Shown in pieces: positions 46,821 through 60,948 of a stretch of DNA of 64,000 nt. Position numbers and translations under genes: made by a program. The DNA is from Escherichia coli (GTDB lineage: Bacteria; Pseudomonadota; Gammaproteobacteria; Enterobacterales; Enterobacteriaceae). Numbering within the stretch: the stretch's first letter is position 1; every line of letters starts with the position of its first letter. The notes beneath the pieces were generated by a model, which had not been told where the DNA came from, made no database searches, and saw only the letters and a program-made list of their open reading frames with translations. The DNA lies in assembly GCF_051903065.1 (NCBI RefSeq), contig NZ_CP178438.1; one strand, given 5' to 3'.

Positions 46821-48215
46821 ATGAAAAAATCGACATTATCTTTAGCCATCGGTTTATTATTGGCATGTAGTACCGGTATGGCAAAAACACAGCATTTAAC
46901 GCTGGAACAACGCATGGCATTGCTGGAAGAACGCCTGGAAGCGGCAGAAATGCGGGCGGCAAAAGCAGAGAGCCAGGTTAAACAGCTGCAGACACAACAA
47001 GCCGCTGAGATCCGCGAAATTAAGGCTGCCCAGGGCAATACGCCGGTAAATGGACAGACAACAGCGGAATCTGCAAAGAAAAATGCCACCTCACCTAATC
47101 TTTTGCTTTCAGGTTATGGCGATTTAAAAATCTACGGCGACGTAGAATTTAATATGGATGCGGAAAGTAATCATGGCCTGCTGGCAATGACCAACGCTGA
47201 TGTGAATAGCGATTCCACCAATGAACAGTGGAATCTCAATGGTCGTATTCTGTTAGGTTTTGATGGTATGCGAAAACTGGATAATGGCTATTTCGCCGGG
47301 TTCTCCGCACAACCGCTGGGGGATATGCACGGTTCAGTAAATATCGATGATGCGGTATTCTTCTTTGGCAAAGAAAACGACTGGAAGGTCAAAGTAGGCC
47401 GTTTTGAAGCCTACGATATGTTCCCGCTGAATCAGGATACCTTTGTTGAACATTCCGGTAATACTGCGAACGATCTTTATGACGATGGCAGCGGTTATAT
47501 CTATATGATGAAAGAGGGCCGCGGGCGCTCTAACGCTGGCGGTAATTTCCTCGTCAGCAAACAACTCGATAACTGGTATTTTGAATTAAACACGTTACTT
47601 GAAGACGGAACATCTTTATATAATGACGGTAATTATCATGGACGCGATATGGAGCAGCAGAAAAATGTTGCTTATCTGCGCCCAGTAATTGCCTGGTCGC
47701 CGACGGAAGAATTCACCGTTTCCGCAGCGATGGAAGCGAACGTGGTAAATAATGCTTATGGTTATACCGATAGCAAGGGTAATTTTGTCGATCAGTCCGA
47801 TCGTACCGGCTATGGTATGAGCATGACCTGGAATGGCTTGAAAACGGATCCGGACAATGGCATTGTGGTTAATCTTAATACCGCCTATTTAGATGCTAAT
47901 AATGAGAAAGATTTCACTGCCGGGATTAACGCGCTGTGGAAACGTTTCGAGCTCGGTTATATCTACGCGCACAATAAGATTGATGAATTCAGCGGTGTAG
48001 TTTGTGATAACGACTGCTGGATTGATGATGAAGGGACGTACACCATTCACACCATTCATGCGTCTTATCAGTTCGCTAATGTGATGGATATGGAGAACTT
48101 TAATATTTACCTCGGGACGTATTACTCCATTCTGGATAGCGACGGCGATAAAAAACACGGTGATGATACTGATGACCGTTACGGCGCACGCGTTCGCTTT
48201 AAATACTTCTTCTGA
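46821..48215 (+). CDS. Putative outer-membrane beta-barrel porin with an N-terminal coiled coil (carbohydrate-porin-like)
   Basis: Signal peptide MKKSTLSLAIGLLLACSTGMA, then a heptad-like stretch (LTLEQRMALLEERLEAAEMRAAKAESQVKQLQTQQAAEIREIK), then alternating aromatic/polar beta-strand patterns ending in the OMP-type C-terminus RFKYFF; AT-rich upstream region. Confidence 0.6.
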   Translation: MKKSTLSLAIGLLLACSTGMAKTQHLTLEQRMALLEERLEAAEMRAAKAESQVKQLQTQQAAEIREIKAAQGNTPVNGQTTAESAKKNATSPNLLLSGYGDLKIYGDVEFNMDAESNHGLLAMTNADVNSDSTNEQWNLNGRILLGFDGMRKLDNGYFAGFSAQPLGDMHGSVNIDDAVFFFGKENDWKVKVGRFEAYDMFPLNQDTFVEHSGNTANDLYDDGSGYIYMMKEGRGRSNAGGNFLVSKQLDNWYFELNTLLEDGTSLYNDGNYHGRDMEQQKNVAYLRPVIAWSPTEEFTVSAAMEANVVNNAYGYTDSKGNFVDQSDRTGYGMSMTWNGLKTDPDNGIVVNLNTAYLDANNEKDFTAGINALWKRFELGYIYAHNKIDEFSGVVCDNDCWIDDEGTYTIHTIHASYQFANVMDMENFNIYLGTYYSILDSDGDKKHGDDTDDRYGARVRFKYFF

Positions 48216-48255
48216 TGAAGGCGCGGTGCTGGATATTTTCCGGCACCGCAACTCA

Positions 48256-48570
48256 TTAAGGCAGGTAAAACACTTCTTGCAGCTCGCTACTCACCGGGCT
48301 GTTATCCGGGTTAGCGGGCATAACGTCGGTCATATATTTCCACCAACGTTGGCAGATTTCAGTGCTGGCTACCGCATTCCACCGTTCTTCAGATTCAATC
48401 TCTACCATGGCAAACAGCAGATTACGCGCTTTGTCGAGGTAAATGGCGTAGTTATGCGCACCGTGAGATTTCAACACTGCTTCCAGTTCCGGCCAGATGG
48501 GGTTATGCCGACGCTGATACTCTTCGTGGGCGTCGGGGTTAACCTGCATGACAAAGGCTTTGCGGATCAT
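48256..48570 (-). CDS. rhaM: L-rhamnose mutarotase
   Basis: 104-aa [37 protein letters not shown]... Confidence 0.92.
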   Translation of the reverse strand: MIRKAFVMQVNPDAHEEYQRRHNPIWPELEAVLKSHGAHNYAIYLDKARNLLFAMVEIESEERWNAVASTEICQRWWKYMTDVMPANPDNSPVSSELQEVFYLP

Positions 48571-48579
48571 GTATGCTCC

Positions 48580-49404
48580 TTACAGCGCCAGCGCACTGGC
48601 TAGTGGTGTAACGCCGAAGCGCTTGCCGAGCGCTATCAACTCTTCACGGCTGATGGTCTGTTTCATGCCGCCCATCGAATACACCTTCACTAACACTTCC
48701 GCTGATTTTTCTGCGGTGTCGATTAAACCGAATGTTTCATCCAGCGTCGGTCCGGAACCGAACACACCGTGGAAGGGCCACAACACCAGCGAATGTTTTT
48801 GCATCTCGTGGGCAGTTGCCTGGCCGATTTCGTCCGTGCCGGGCACCATCCACGGCAGAATGCCAACGCCATCCGGGAATACCACCAGACACTCGGTGCT
48901 GCCTTCCCACAGTTGGCGAGTGAAGACCGCGGTGTCGTTTTCCAGTACATAGGTGAGGGCGATCAGGTTGGTGGCATGGCAGTGCATGATCACCCGATCT
49001 TTACCGTTGGTGGCTTTAATACGCTCGCAGTGGGAGAGAAAGTGAGCCGGAAGTTCAGACGTTGGAACGGCTTCGTTGGTTAACCCCCAGAGAATGTGGT
49101 AACCCGCGCCGTCGCTGTCGACTTTTACGACGCCTAAGTTAGCTGCAGGATCAAGCTGGACGTTACGGAAGAATTTGCCGGAGCCGGTGACAATAAACGG
49201 CGTATTTGCCAGTAAAGGCATGGGCTGGCTGAGCGGAATATAGCGCGGTTGTGGGTGGAAGTTGTCGTGATACGGTGCGATATCGGCGTCATCCAGGCGC
49301 AGCGTCAGGTTGCCGCCGTTGCGCTCATCCCAGCCTTTCAGCCAGGCGTCGGTGGTGGCTTTGATCATTCCCTGGACAAACCAGGACTGGGTAATGTTTT
49401 GCAT
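48580..49404 (-). CDS. rhaD: Rhamnulose-1-phosphate aldolase
   Basis: Start at [25 protein letters not shown] (274 aa); the ORF-track extension upstream runs into the REP array and is not coding. Confidence 0.92.
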   Translation of the reverse strand: MQNITQSWFVQGMIKATTDAWLKGWDERNGGNLTLRLDDADIAPYHDNFHPQPRYIPLSQPMPLLANTPFIVTGSGKFFRNVQLDPAANLGVVKVDSDGAGYHILWGLTNEAVPTSELPAHFLSHCERIKATNGKDRVIMHCHATNLIALTYVLENDTAVFTRQLWEGSTECLVVFPDGVGILPWMVPGTDEIGQATAHEMQKHSLVLWPFHGVFGSGPTLDETFGLIDTAEKSAEVLVKVYSMGGMKQTISREELIALGKRFGVTPLASALAL

Positions 49405-49431
49405 GTTCTGTGTTCCTGTAAATTCGGTGTT

Positions 49432-49847
49432 GTCGGATGCACGACCCGTAGGCCGGATAAGGCGCTCGTGCCGCATCCGGCAATCAATGCCTGATGCGAC
49501 GCTGTCGCGTCTTATCAGGCCTACAACTATTGCCGACCTGTAGGCCGGATAAGGCACTTGTGCCGCATCCGGCAATCAATGCCTGATGCGACGCTGTCGC
49601 GTCTTATCAGACCTACAACTATTGCCGACCTGTAGGCCGGATAAGGCGCTCGTGCCGCATCCGGCAATCAATGCCTGATGCGACGCTGTCGCGTCTTATC
49701 AGGCCTACAACTATTGCCGACCTGTAGGCCGGATAAGGCACTTGTGCCGCATCCGGCAATCAATGCCTGATGCGATGTCGCGTCTTATCAGGCCTACAAC
49801 TGTTGCCGACCTGTAGGCCGGATAAGGCACTTGTGCCGCATCCGGCA
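49432..49847. repeat. BIME: tandem array of about 4.5 REP-pair units (~91 bp each) between rhaD and rhaA
   Basis: The unit gcctgatgcgacgctgtcgcgtcttatcaggcctacaactattgccgacctgtaggccggataaggc[gctcg or acttg]tgccgcatccggcaatcaat repeats with minor variants. Confidence 0.88.
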
Positions 49848-49851
49848 GTGT

Positions 49852-52864
<3,013 letters not shown>

Positions 52865-53701
52865 ATGACCGTATTACATAGTGTGGATTTTTTTCCGTCT
52901 GGTAACGCGTCCGTGGCGATAGAACCCCGGCTCCCGCAGGCGGATTTTCCTGAACATCATCATGATTTTCATGAAATTGTGATTGTCGAACATGGCACGG
53001 GTATTCATGTGTTTAATGGGCAGCCCTATACCATCACCGGTGGGACGGTCTGTTTTGTGCGCGACCATGATCGGCATCTGTATGAACATACCGATAATCT
53101 GTGTCTGACCAATGTGCTATATCGCTCGCCGGATCGATTTCAGTTTCTCGCCGGGCTGAATCAGTTGCTGCCACAAGAGCTGGATGGGCAGTATCCGTCT
53201 CACTGGCGCGTTAACCACAGCGTATTGCAGCAGGTGCGACAGCTGGTTGCACAGATGGAACAGCAGGAAGGGGAAAATGATTTACCCTCGACCGCCAGTC
53301 GCGAGATCTTGTTTATGCAATTACTACTCTTGCTGCGTAAAAGCAGTTTGCAGGAGAACCTGGAAAACAGCGCATCACGTCTCAACTTGCTTCTGGCCTG
53401 GCTGGAGGACCATTTTGCCGATGAGGTGAATTGGGATACCGTGGCGGATCAATTTTCTCTTTCACTGCGTACGCTACATCGGCAGCTTAAGCAGCAAACG
53501 GGACTGACGCCTCAGCGTTACCTGAACCGCCTGCGACTGATGAAAGCCCGACATCTGCTACGCCACAGCGAGGCCAGCGTTACTGACATCGCCTATCGCT
53601 GTGGATTCAGCGACAGTAACCACTTTTCGACGCTTTTTCGCCGAGAGTTTAACTGGTCACCGCGTGATATTCGTCAGGGACGGGATGGTTTTCTGCAATA
53701 A
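52865..53701 (+). CDS. rhaS: AraC-family activator RhaS
   Basis: 278-aa [47 protein letters not shown]... Confidence 0.93.
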   Translation: MTVLHSVDFFPSGNASVAIEPRLPQADFPEHHHDFHEIVIVEHGTGIHVFNGQPYTITGGTVCFVRDHDRHLYEHTDNLCLTNVLYRSPDRFQFLAGLNQLLPQELDGQYPSHWRVNHSVLQQVRQLVAQMEQQEGENDLPSTASREILFMQLLLLLRKSSLQENLENSASRLNLLLAWLEDHFADEVNWDTVADQFSLSLRTLHRQLKQQTGLTPQRYLNRLRLMKARHLLRHSEASVTDIAYRCGFSDSNHFSTLFRREFNWSPRDIRQGRDGFLQ

Positions 53702-53774
53702 CGCGAATCTTCTCAACATATTTGTACGCCATATTGCGAATAATCAATTTCGTTCTCTGGCCGAGGTAGCCACG

Positions 53775-54623
53775 GTGGCGCATCAGTTAAAACTTCTCAA
53801 AGATGATTTTTTTGCCAGCGACCAGCAGGCAGTCGCTGTGGCTGACCGTTATCCGCAAGATGTCTTTGCTGAACATACACATGATTTTTGTGAGCTGGTG
53901 ATTGTCTGGCGCGGTAATGGTCTGCATGTACTCAACGATCGCCCTTATCGCATTACCCGTGGCGATCTCTTTTACATTCATGCTGACGATAAACACTCCT
54001 ACGCTTCCGTTAACGATCTGGTTTTGCAGAATATTATTTATTGCCCGGAGCGGCTGAAGCTGAATCTTGACTGGCAGGGGGCGATTCCGGGATTTAGCGT
54101 CAGCGCAGGGCAACCACACTGGCGCTTAGGTAGCATGGGGATGGCACAGGCGCGGCAGATTATCGGTCAGCTTGAGCATGAAAGTAGTCAGCATGTGCCG
54201 TTTGCTAACGAAATGGCAGAGTTGCTGTTCGGGCAGTTGGTGATGTTGCTGAATCGCCATCGTTACACCAGTGATTCGTTGCCGCCAACATCCAGCGAAA
54301 CGTTGCTGGATAAGCTGATTACCCGGTTGGCGGCTAGCCTGAAAAGTCCCTTTGCGCTGGATAAATTTTGTGATGAGGCATCGTGCAGTGAGCGCGTTTT
54401 GCGTCAGCAATTTCGCCAGCAGACTGGAATGACCATCAATCAATATCTGCGGCAGGTCAGAGTGTGTCATGCGCAATATCTTCTCCAGCATAGCCGCCTG
54501 TTAATCAGTGATATTTCGACCGAATGTGGCTTTGAAGATAGTAACTATTTTTCGGTGGTGTTTACCCGGGAAACCGGGATGACGCCCAGCCAGTGGCGTC
54601 ATCTCAATTCGCAGAAAGATTAA
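53775..54623 (+). CDS. rhaR: AraC-family activator RhaR (GTG start)
   Basis: Frame beginning (V)[37 protein letters not shown]; the ORF-track extension upstream is an alternative-start artefact. Confidence 0.88.
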
Positions 54624-55654
54624 TTCGCCATGCCGATGCCGACGATGTTAGCGGCGACAATAATCACCACACAACCGAGGCTCAACACCGTTACCGGACG
54701 GCGTCCTGCATTGTTCCACTCTTTCAGCACCAGCCCGACGATACCGCCGCACAATACATAGAAACTCATATGCAGCATCCAACTGATGTAGTCATACTGC
54801 GCCGGAATGCGGGCGTGGCCCCAGGCATAGAAAAAGAATTGCAGATACCACATCAACCCGCCCAGTGCCGAGAGTAACACATTGTGAATGATCAGCGGTT
54901 TTGCCAGCGAGAAGTCGGCTTTTAGCGACAAATCCTTCACTTTTGCCAGACGAATAAAACAGAAACCGAGGTTAATGATCGCGCCGCCGCCCATGATGAC
55001 AACATAGCTTGGCAGAGCGACATACAGTGGATCGACGCCAAGTGCGGCAGCGGCTTCATGCATCGGTTTTGCGGCGTTCATCGCAAAGGACATCCCGGCA
55101 GAGAAAATGCCGCACATCACCGCCAGCACCAGCCCTTTTTTCAGATTGAACTCTTCGGCTTTAATGCCCATCTTGCGCTCTTTCAACTGCCCGGCTCGAG
55201 TTACAATCCCTACGCCAATCAGCGCCACCAGAACGCCGAGCAACGTCATGCGTCCGCCTTCGGTGTTAATCAACACATCGAAATTGCCGTTGATAATTGG
55301 CGTCATCAGCGTACCGACAATCAACGTAATGCCAATGGCGATGCCAATTCCCATCGACATGCCGAGATAACGCATGGTCAGGCCGTAGTTGATATTACCG
55401 ATCCCCCACATAGCGCCGAACAGAAAAACAGGCAGCAGCGTAGAAAGACTAAACGAGCTGTAATACGCCCAGAAATTCGGTAGTAACAGGGCGCTGATGG
55501 CCCACGGCAGAATAATCCACGAAACAATCCCACCGACTGACCACATGGTTTCCCATGACCATTTTTTTACTTTTTTGAACGGAGCGTAAAAACAGGCTGC
55601 ACTGGCCGCGCCGATCAAATGCCAAAATATCCCCATCGTAATCGCGTTACTCAT
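54620..55654 (-). CDS. rhaT: L-rhamnose:proton symporter
   Basis: 344-aa ORF with 10 transmembrane segments, starting [26 protein letters not shown]. Confidence 0.93.
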
Positions 55655-55837
55655 CTTCTTATCCTCATCATTTTTCGTCGCTTCACATCTCCGACGAGAT
55701 GAGTGTAAAAATCGTGCTGTCGATTAACCTTTCGCCTGTTGCCGCCGTTATCGATTTACTGGCAATCACGGCATTAAGTGGGTGATTTGCTTCACATCTC
55801 GGGCATTTTCCTGCAAAACCATACCCTTACGAAAAGT

Positions 55838-55860
55838 ACGGCATTGATAATCATTTTCAA
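55838..55860. promoter_or_regulatory. Candidate Fur box in the sodA promoter
   Basis: gataatcattttcaatatcatt resembles the GATAATGATAATCATTATC consensus; sodA is a known Fur target. Confidence 0.45.
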
Positions 55861-55938
55861 TATCATTTAATTAACTATAATGAACCAACTGCTTACGCGG
55901 CATTAACAATCGGCCGCCCGACAATACTGGAGATGAAT

Positions 55939-56559
55939 ATGAGCTATACCCTGCCATCCCTGCCGTATGCTTACGATGCCCTGGAACCGCACTTCGATAA
56001 GCAGACCATGGAAATCCACCACACCAAACACCATCAGACCTACGTAAACAACGCCAACGCGGCGCTGGAAAGCCTGCCAGAATTTGCCAACCTGCCGGTT
56101 GAAGAGCTGATCACCAAACTGGACCAGCTGCCAGCAGACAAGAAAACCGTACTGCGCAACAACGCTGGCGGTCACGCTAACCACAGCCTGTTCTGGAAAG
56201 GTCTGAAAAAAGGCACCACCCTGCAGGGTGACCTGAAAGCGGCTATCGAACGTGACTTCGGCTCCGTTGATAACTTCAAAGCAGAATTTGAAAAAGCGGC
56301 AGCTTCCCGCTTTGGTTCCGGCTGGGCATGGCTGGTGCTGAAAGGCGATAAACTGGCGGTGGTTTCTACTGCTAACCAGGACTCCCCGCTGATGGGTGAA
56401 GCTATTTCTGGCGCTTCCGGCTTCCCGATTCTGGGCCTGGATGTGTGGGAACATGCTTACTACCTGAAATTCCAGAACCGCCGTCCGGACTACATCAAAG
56501 AGTTCTGGAACGTGGTGAACTGGGACGAAGCAGCGGCACGTTTCGCGGCGAAAAAATAA
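55939..56559 (+). CDS. sodA: Manganese superoxide dismutase
   Basis: 206-aa protein [36 protein letters not shown]... with the metal ligand motif DVWEHAYY. Confidence 0.97.
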   Translation: MSYTLPSLPYAYDALEPHFDKQTMEIHHTKHHQTYVNNANAALESLPEFANLPVEELITKLDQLPADKKTVLRNNAGGHANHSLFWKGLKKGTTLQGDLKAAIERDFGSVDNFKAEFEKAAASRFGSGWAWLVLKGDKLAVVSTANQDSPLMGEAISGASGFPILGLDVWEHAYYLKFQNRRPDYIKEFWNVVNWDEAAARFAAKK

Positions 56560-56609
56560 TCATTTGCCGTCTGCTGCAATGAGGCGTTTACGCCGCATAT
56601 CAGCTTAAA

Positions 56610-56642
56610 AAATGAACCATCGCCAATGGCGGTGGTTTTTTT
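56610..56642 (+). terminator. Rho-independent terminator after sodA
   Basis: Hairpin accatcgccaatggcggtgg followed by a T-run. Confidence 0.55.
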
Positions 56643-56680
56643 GTGATCAATTTCAAAATAAAAACAATGATCCGATAAAA

Positions 56681-56699
56681 ATAAAACAGCGTTTCAATT
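56681..56699. promoter_or_regulatory. Candidate KdgR operator upstream of kdgT
   Basis: ataAAACAgcGTTTCAatt, a near-palindrome resembling the KdgR box AATGAAACANTGTTTCATT. Confidence 0.45.
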
Positions 56700-56818
56700 G
56701 ATGTGGTTTTGATCACTTTTATTGATTAAATGAATGTCTATCTTCGTTTCCATCAACACTGATGCTCCATTGAGGAATTACGCATCAGCCCTTAAAAATA
56801 TGCCGACAGGTGATGGAA

Positions 56819-57802
56819 ATGCAGATAAAACGCTCGATTGAGAAAATCCCGGGGGGGATGATGCTCGTCCCGCTATTCCTTGGCGCACTGTGCCACACCT
56901 TCTCGCCGGGGGCGGGGAAATATTTTGGATCATTCACCAACGGGATGATTACCGGTACGGTGCCCATTCTGGCGGTGTGGTTTTTTTGCATGGGGGCGTC
57001 AATAAAATTAAGCGCGACGGGAACGGTACTGCGTAAATCCGGTACGCTGGTGGTAACTAAAATTGCCGTCGCGTGGGTGGTTGCGGCAATTGCCTCGCGT
57101 ATTATTCCGGAACATGGTGTTGAAGTTGGATTCTTTGCCGGACTTTCAACGCTGGCGCTGGTGGCGGCGATGGATATGACCAACGGCGGACTTTACGCTT
57201 CCATCATGCAGCAGTACGGCACAAAAGAAGAAGCTGGGGCATTTGTGTTGATGTCGTTGGAGTCCGGGCCGCTCATGACGATGATTATTCTGGGCACTGC
57301 CGGGATTGCCTCGTTTGAACCGCATGTTTTCGTCGGCGCAGTATTACCGTTCCTGGTGGGCTTTGCCCTGGGGAACCTTGACCCTGAATTACGAGAATTT
57401 TTCAGCAAAGCGGTGCAGACGCTGATTCCATTCTTTGCCTTCGCACTAGGCAATACCATTGATTTGACTGTAATTGCCCAGACAGGTTTGCTGGGGATCC
57501 TGTTGGGTGTGGCAGTAATTATCGTGACCGGTATTCCGTTGATTATCGCCGATAAATTGATTGGCGGTGGCGATGGCACTGCCGGAATTGCCGCTTCCAG
57601 TTCCGCAGGGGCCGCGGTAGCGACACCTGTGCTGATTGCAGAAATGGTGCCTGCGTTTAAACCGATGGCTCCGGCAGCAACTTCGCTGGTAGCGACGGCA
57701 GTCATTGTGACTTCGATTCTGGTGCCAATTCTTACCTCTATCTGGTCACGTAAAGTCAAAGCCAGAGCGGCGAAAATCGAAATTTTAGGTACGGTGAAAT
57801 AA
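56819..57802 (+). CDS. kdgT: 2-keto-3-deoxygluconate permease
   Basis: 327-aa polytopic membrane protein starting [28 protein letters not shown]. Confidence 0.92.
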
Positions 57803-57950
57803 ACCTGCTTCCTTAATCCCCACCGCCGGATGAACTAACGTTCGTCCGGTTTGCTATTGAGTTCCTGCCTGGATACTTACCGCGAAAACAGCACGCCTGA
57901 CATAAAATAAATATGGTCTAATGGGGAAATTTCTCGTGGAGAGGGAACAG

Positions 57951-58625
57951 ATGCGATATCCGGTTGATGTATACACAGGCAAGATTCAGGCTTATCCCGA
58001 AGGCAAACCCAGCGCAATTGCCAAAATCCAGGTTGATGGTGAGTTGATGCTGACGGAGCTGGGGCTGGAAGGTGACGAGCAGGCGGAGAAAAAGGTTCAC
58101 GGCGGGCCAGACAGAGCGCTGTGTCATTATCCTCGTGAGCACTATCTCTACTGGGCGCGGGAATTTCCGGAACAGGCGGAGTTGTTTGTTGCGCCTGCGT
58201 TTGGCGAAAATCTCTCAACCGACGGTCTCACGGAAAGTAATGTTTATATGGGCGATATTTTCCGCTGGGGAGAGGCATTAATTCAGGTCAGCCAGCCGCG
58301 CTCGCCTTGCTATAAACTCAATTACCATTTTGATATCAGCGATATAGCGCAGTTGATGCAAAACACGGGTAAAGTGGGATGGTTGTATAGCGTGATAGCG
58401 CCAGGGAAAGTGTCTGCGGACGCGCCGCTGGAGTTGGTTTCCCGTGTCAGCGATGTGACCGTGCAGGAGGCTGCCGCCATCGCATGGCATATGCCGTTTG
58501 ATGACGATCAATATCACCGTTTACTCTCCGCCGCCGGGTTATCGAAAAGCTGGACGCGGACGATGCAAAAGCGCCGACTGAGCGGCAAGATCGAAGATTT
58601 TTCCCGCCGGTTGTGGGGAAAATAA
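57951..58625 (+). CDS. yiiM: MOSC-domain protein YiiM
   Basis: Frame MRYPVDVYTGKIQAYPEGKPSAIAKIQVDGE... of about 224 aa. Confidence 0.85.
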   Translation: MRYPVDVYTGKIQAYPEGKPSAIAKIQVDGELMLTELGLEGDEQAEKKVHGGPDRALCHYPREHYLYWAREFPEQAELFVAPAFGENLSTDGLTESNVYMGDIFRWGEALIQVSQPRSPCYKLNYHFDISDIAQLMQNTGKVGWLYSVIAPGKVSADAPLELVSRVSDVTVQEAAAIAWHMPFDDDQYHRLLSAAGLSKSWTRTMQKRRLSGKIEDFSRRLWGK

Positions 58626-58629
58626 CCGC

Positions 58630-58725
58630 CGGAGTGTAGGCCTGATAAGACGCTATCAGCGTCGCATCAGGCATCCTGCTCAAATGCCGGATGCGGCGTA
58701 AACGCCTTATCCTGCCTACAAATGC
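58630..58725. repeat. REP elements
   Basis: gcctgataagacgctatcagcgtcgcatcaggc ... gccggatgcggcgtaaacgccttatcctgcctac. Confidence 0.6.
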
Positions 58726-58730
58726 GGAGT

Positions 58731-60104
58731 TTAACTCCGCTTATACAGCGGCAACCAAATCACCAGCCGTAAACCGCCCAGCGGGCTGTCTTCTGCTTTC
58801 ACCCAGCCACGATGCTGCTGAATGGCGGTTTCAACAATTGCCAGCCCTAAGCCCGTGCCGCCAGATTCACGATCGCGCGCTTCATCGGTCCGATAGAACG
58901 GGCGGAAAATCTGCTCGCGATCTTCCGGGCTAACGCCAGGACCATCGTCGTCCACCGTAATGGTGATACCGTCTTTATCTACCGCAAAGCCCACTTCAAT
59001 CTTCGTATGGGAATAACGCAGAGCATTACGAACAATGTTTTCCAGCGCACTTTCCAGGGCGTTCGGGTTGCCATACAACGGCCACGGCCCAGGCGGGAAG
59101 TTAACCGTAAACGACTTGCCCATTTGCTCGGCTTCGAACGCCGCGTTATCCAGCACTTCGCCCCACAACTGGTTAGCTTTCAATGTCTCGCTTACCAGCG
59201 CGTTTTTCTGCTGATTACGTGACATCACCAACAGGTCGTTAATCATGCTGTCCAGACGTTGCGCTTCGGTTTCAATACGCTCCAGTTCCTTGCTTTCACC
59301 GCTACGACGGCGCAGTAACGCCGTACCCAGTTGCAGACGCGTCAGCGGCGTGCGCAGCTCGTGAGAGATATCAGAAAGCAGACGCTGCTGAGAGGTCATC
59401 ATGCGCTCCAGCGCGGTGACCATCTGGTTAAAACTGGCACCTGCGGCAAGGAATTCCTGTGGCCCCGCTTCCAGTTCCGGGTGCTGGCGTAAGTTTCCCT
59501 GGGCAACTTCATCGGCAGCATTTTTCAGCTTACGCGCCGGTTTTGCCAGACTCCAGGCCAACCACAACAGCAGCGGCGTACTGACCAGCATGGTGACAAT
59601 CAGCAGTAATAGCGGGCGGTCAAACAGTAAGTTAATGAAATCGGATTGAGAACTGCTGGCCGGACGAATCAGATAAAGTTGGTAATTATCTTCGCCATCA
59701 CGCACGGAGAACGGACCGACCAGTTCCACGCGGCCATACTTTTTCTTCTGCGGATGATCGGCGTTATCGGCCTGACCAATAAAGTTACGAATGATCTGCA
59801 TTTCGCTGCGTTCAGCGCCGATCACGCGGCCTTCGGTGGTCACTAATAACAAACGCTGTCCTGGCGGTGCCCACTTATCAATCGCCCGGAACAGACGCCG
59901 CCACCACATTAAATCGTTGGGCGGATCGTTCGCCAGCTCCGCTTCAACATGCTGCTCAATCATCAGACCCTGACGCTGTTCGCTATCCAGAAGCTCGGTC
60001 ATCTGGCGTGAATCGAGCTTGGGTAACATCAAAACCAACATCAACACCAGCGCCAGCGTCAGCCAGAAGATGGCGAAGATGCGCGCGGTTAAGCTGCCTA
60101 TCAT
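58731..60104 (-). CDS. cpxA: Envelope stress sensor histidine kinase CpxA
   Basis: 457-aa ORF with two transmembrane segments, a HAMP domain and the H-box SHELRTPLTRL. Confidence 0.95.
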   Translation of the reverse strand: MIGSLTARIFAIFWLTLALVLMLVLMLPKLDSRQMTELLDSEQRQGLMIEQHVEAELANDPPNDLMWWRRLFRAIDKWAPPGQRLLLVTTEGRVIGAERSEMQIIRNFIGQADNADHPQKKKYGRVELVGPFSVRDGEDNYQLYLIRPASSSQSDFINLLFDRPLLLLIVTMLVSTPLLLWLAWSLAKPARKLKNAADEVAQGNLRQHPELEAGPQEFLAAGASFNQMVTALERMMTSQQRLLSDISHELRTPLTRLQLGTALLRRRSGESKELERIETEAQRLDSMINDLLVMSRNQQKNALVSETLKANQLWGEVLDNAAFEAEQMGKSFTVNFPPGPWPLYGNPNALESALENIVRNALRYSHTKIEVGFAVDKDGITITVDDDGPGVSPEDREQIFRPFYRTDEARDRESGGTGLGLAIVETAIQQHRGWVKAEDSPLGGLRLVIWLPLYKRS

Positions 60105-60799
60105 GAAGCAGAAACCATCAGGTAGCCGCGACCACGCAAGGTTTTAAACCACGGGTGACCATCTTTACGATCCGGCAGTTTACGACGCAGGTTGGAAATG
60201 TGCATATCGATAGCGCGGTCGAAAGGCGTCAGGCGTTTGCCCAGCACTTCCTGGCTTAAATGTTCACGGGAAACCACCTGACCCAGATGCTGTGCCAGCA
60301 AATAGAGCAGGGTAAACTCAGTACCGGTTAACTCCAGCGTTTGCCCGTCGAAGCTGGCTTCCTGACGGCCTGGATTCAGCACTAAGGCATCAACTTCCAG
60401 TGTCGGTGAACCGTTGTCGTTGTTTTGCTGTTGCTCGCTCCAGTGCGAACGGCGCAGGATCGCGCGGATACGTGCCACCAGCTCACGATCATTAAACGGT
60501 TTCGGGAGATAGTCATCTGCGCCCAGCTCAAGGCCGAGAACGCGATCAAGTTCACTGCCGCGCGCCGTCAACATAATGACAGGCGTCTGGTGTGTCTGGC
60601 GAAGTGCTTTTAATGTGTCGATACCATTTTTCTTCGGCATCATTACGTCAAGCAAAAGTAAATCAATGCTGTCGTCCAGAAGATCAAGCGCCTGTTCCCC
60701 ATCGTGGGCAACAATCACGTTGAAGCCTTCCATCTCGAGCAGCTCCTTTAATAGGGAAGTCAGCTCTCGGTCATCATCAACTAACAGGATTTTATTCAT
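60101..60799 (-). CDS. cpxR: Envelope stress response regulator CpxR (OmpR family)
   Basis: 232-aa ORF MNKILLVDDDRELTSLLKELLEMEGF...; 4-nt overlap with cpxA. Confidence 0.96.
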   Translation of the reverse strand: MNKILLVDDDRELTSLLKELLEMEGFNVIVAHDGEQALDLLDDSIDLLLLDVMMPKKNGIDTLKALRQTHQTPVIMLTARGSELDRVLGLELGADDYLPKPFNDRELVARIRAILRRSHWSEQQQNNDNGSPTLEVDALVLNPGRQEASFDGQTLELTGTEFTLLYLLAQHLGQVVSREHLSQEVLGKRLTPFDRAIDMHISNLRRKLPDRKDGHPWFKTLRGRGYLMVSAS

Positions 60800-60853
60800 T
60801 GTTTAAATACCTCCGAGGCAGAAATTACGTCATCAGACGTCGCTAATCCATGA

Positions 60854-60869
60854 CTTTACGTTGTTTTAC
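60854..60869 (-). promoter_or_regulatory. CpxR~P binding box in the cpxR-cpxP divergent region
   Basis: The minus strand reads GTAAAACAACGTAAAG, i.e. GTAAA-N5-GTAAA. Confidence 0.6.
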
Positions 60870-60948
60870 ACCCCCTGACGCATGTTTGCAGCCTGAATCG
60901 TAAACTCTCTATCGTTGAATCGCGACAGAAAGATTTTGGGAGCAAATG

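Noticed and set aside
49432-49847. Regular tandem repeats that could be mistaken for a CRISPR array
   Set aside because: The units are ~91-bp palindromic REP pairs with no unique spacers, no leader and no cas genes nearby; this is a classic BIME.
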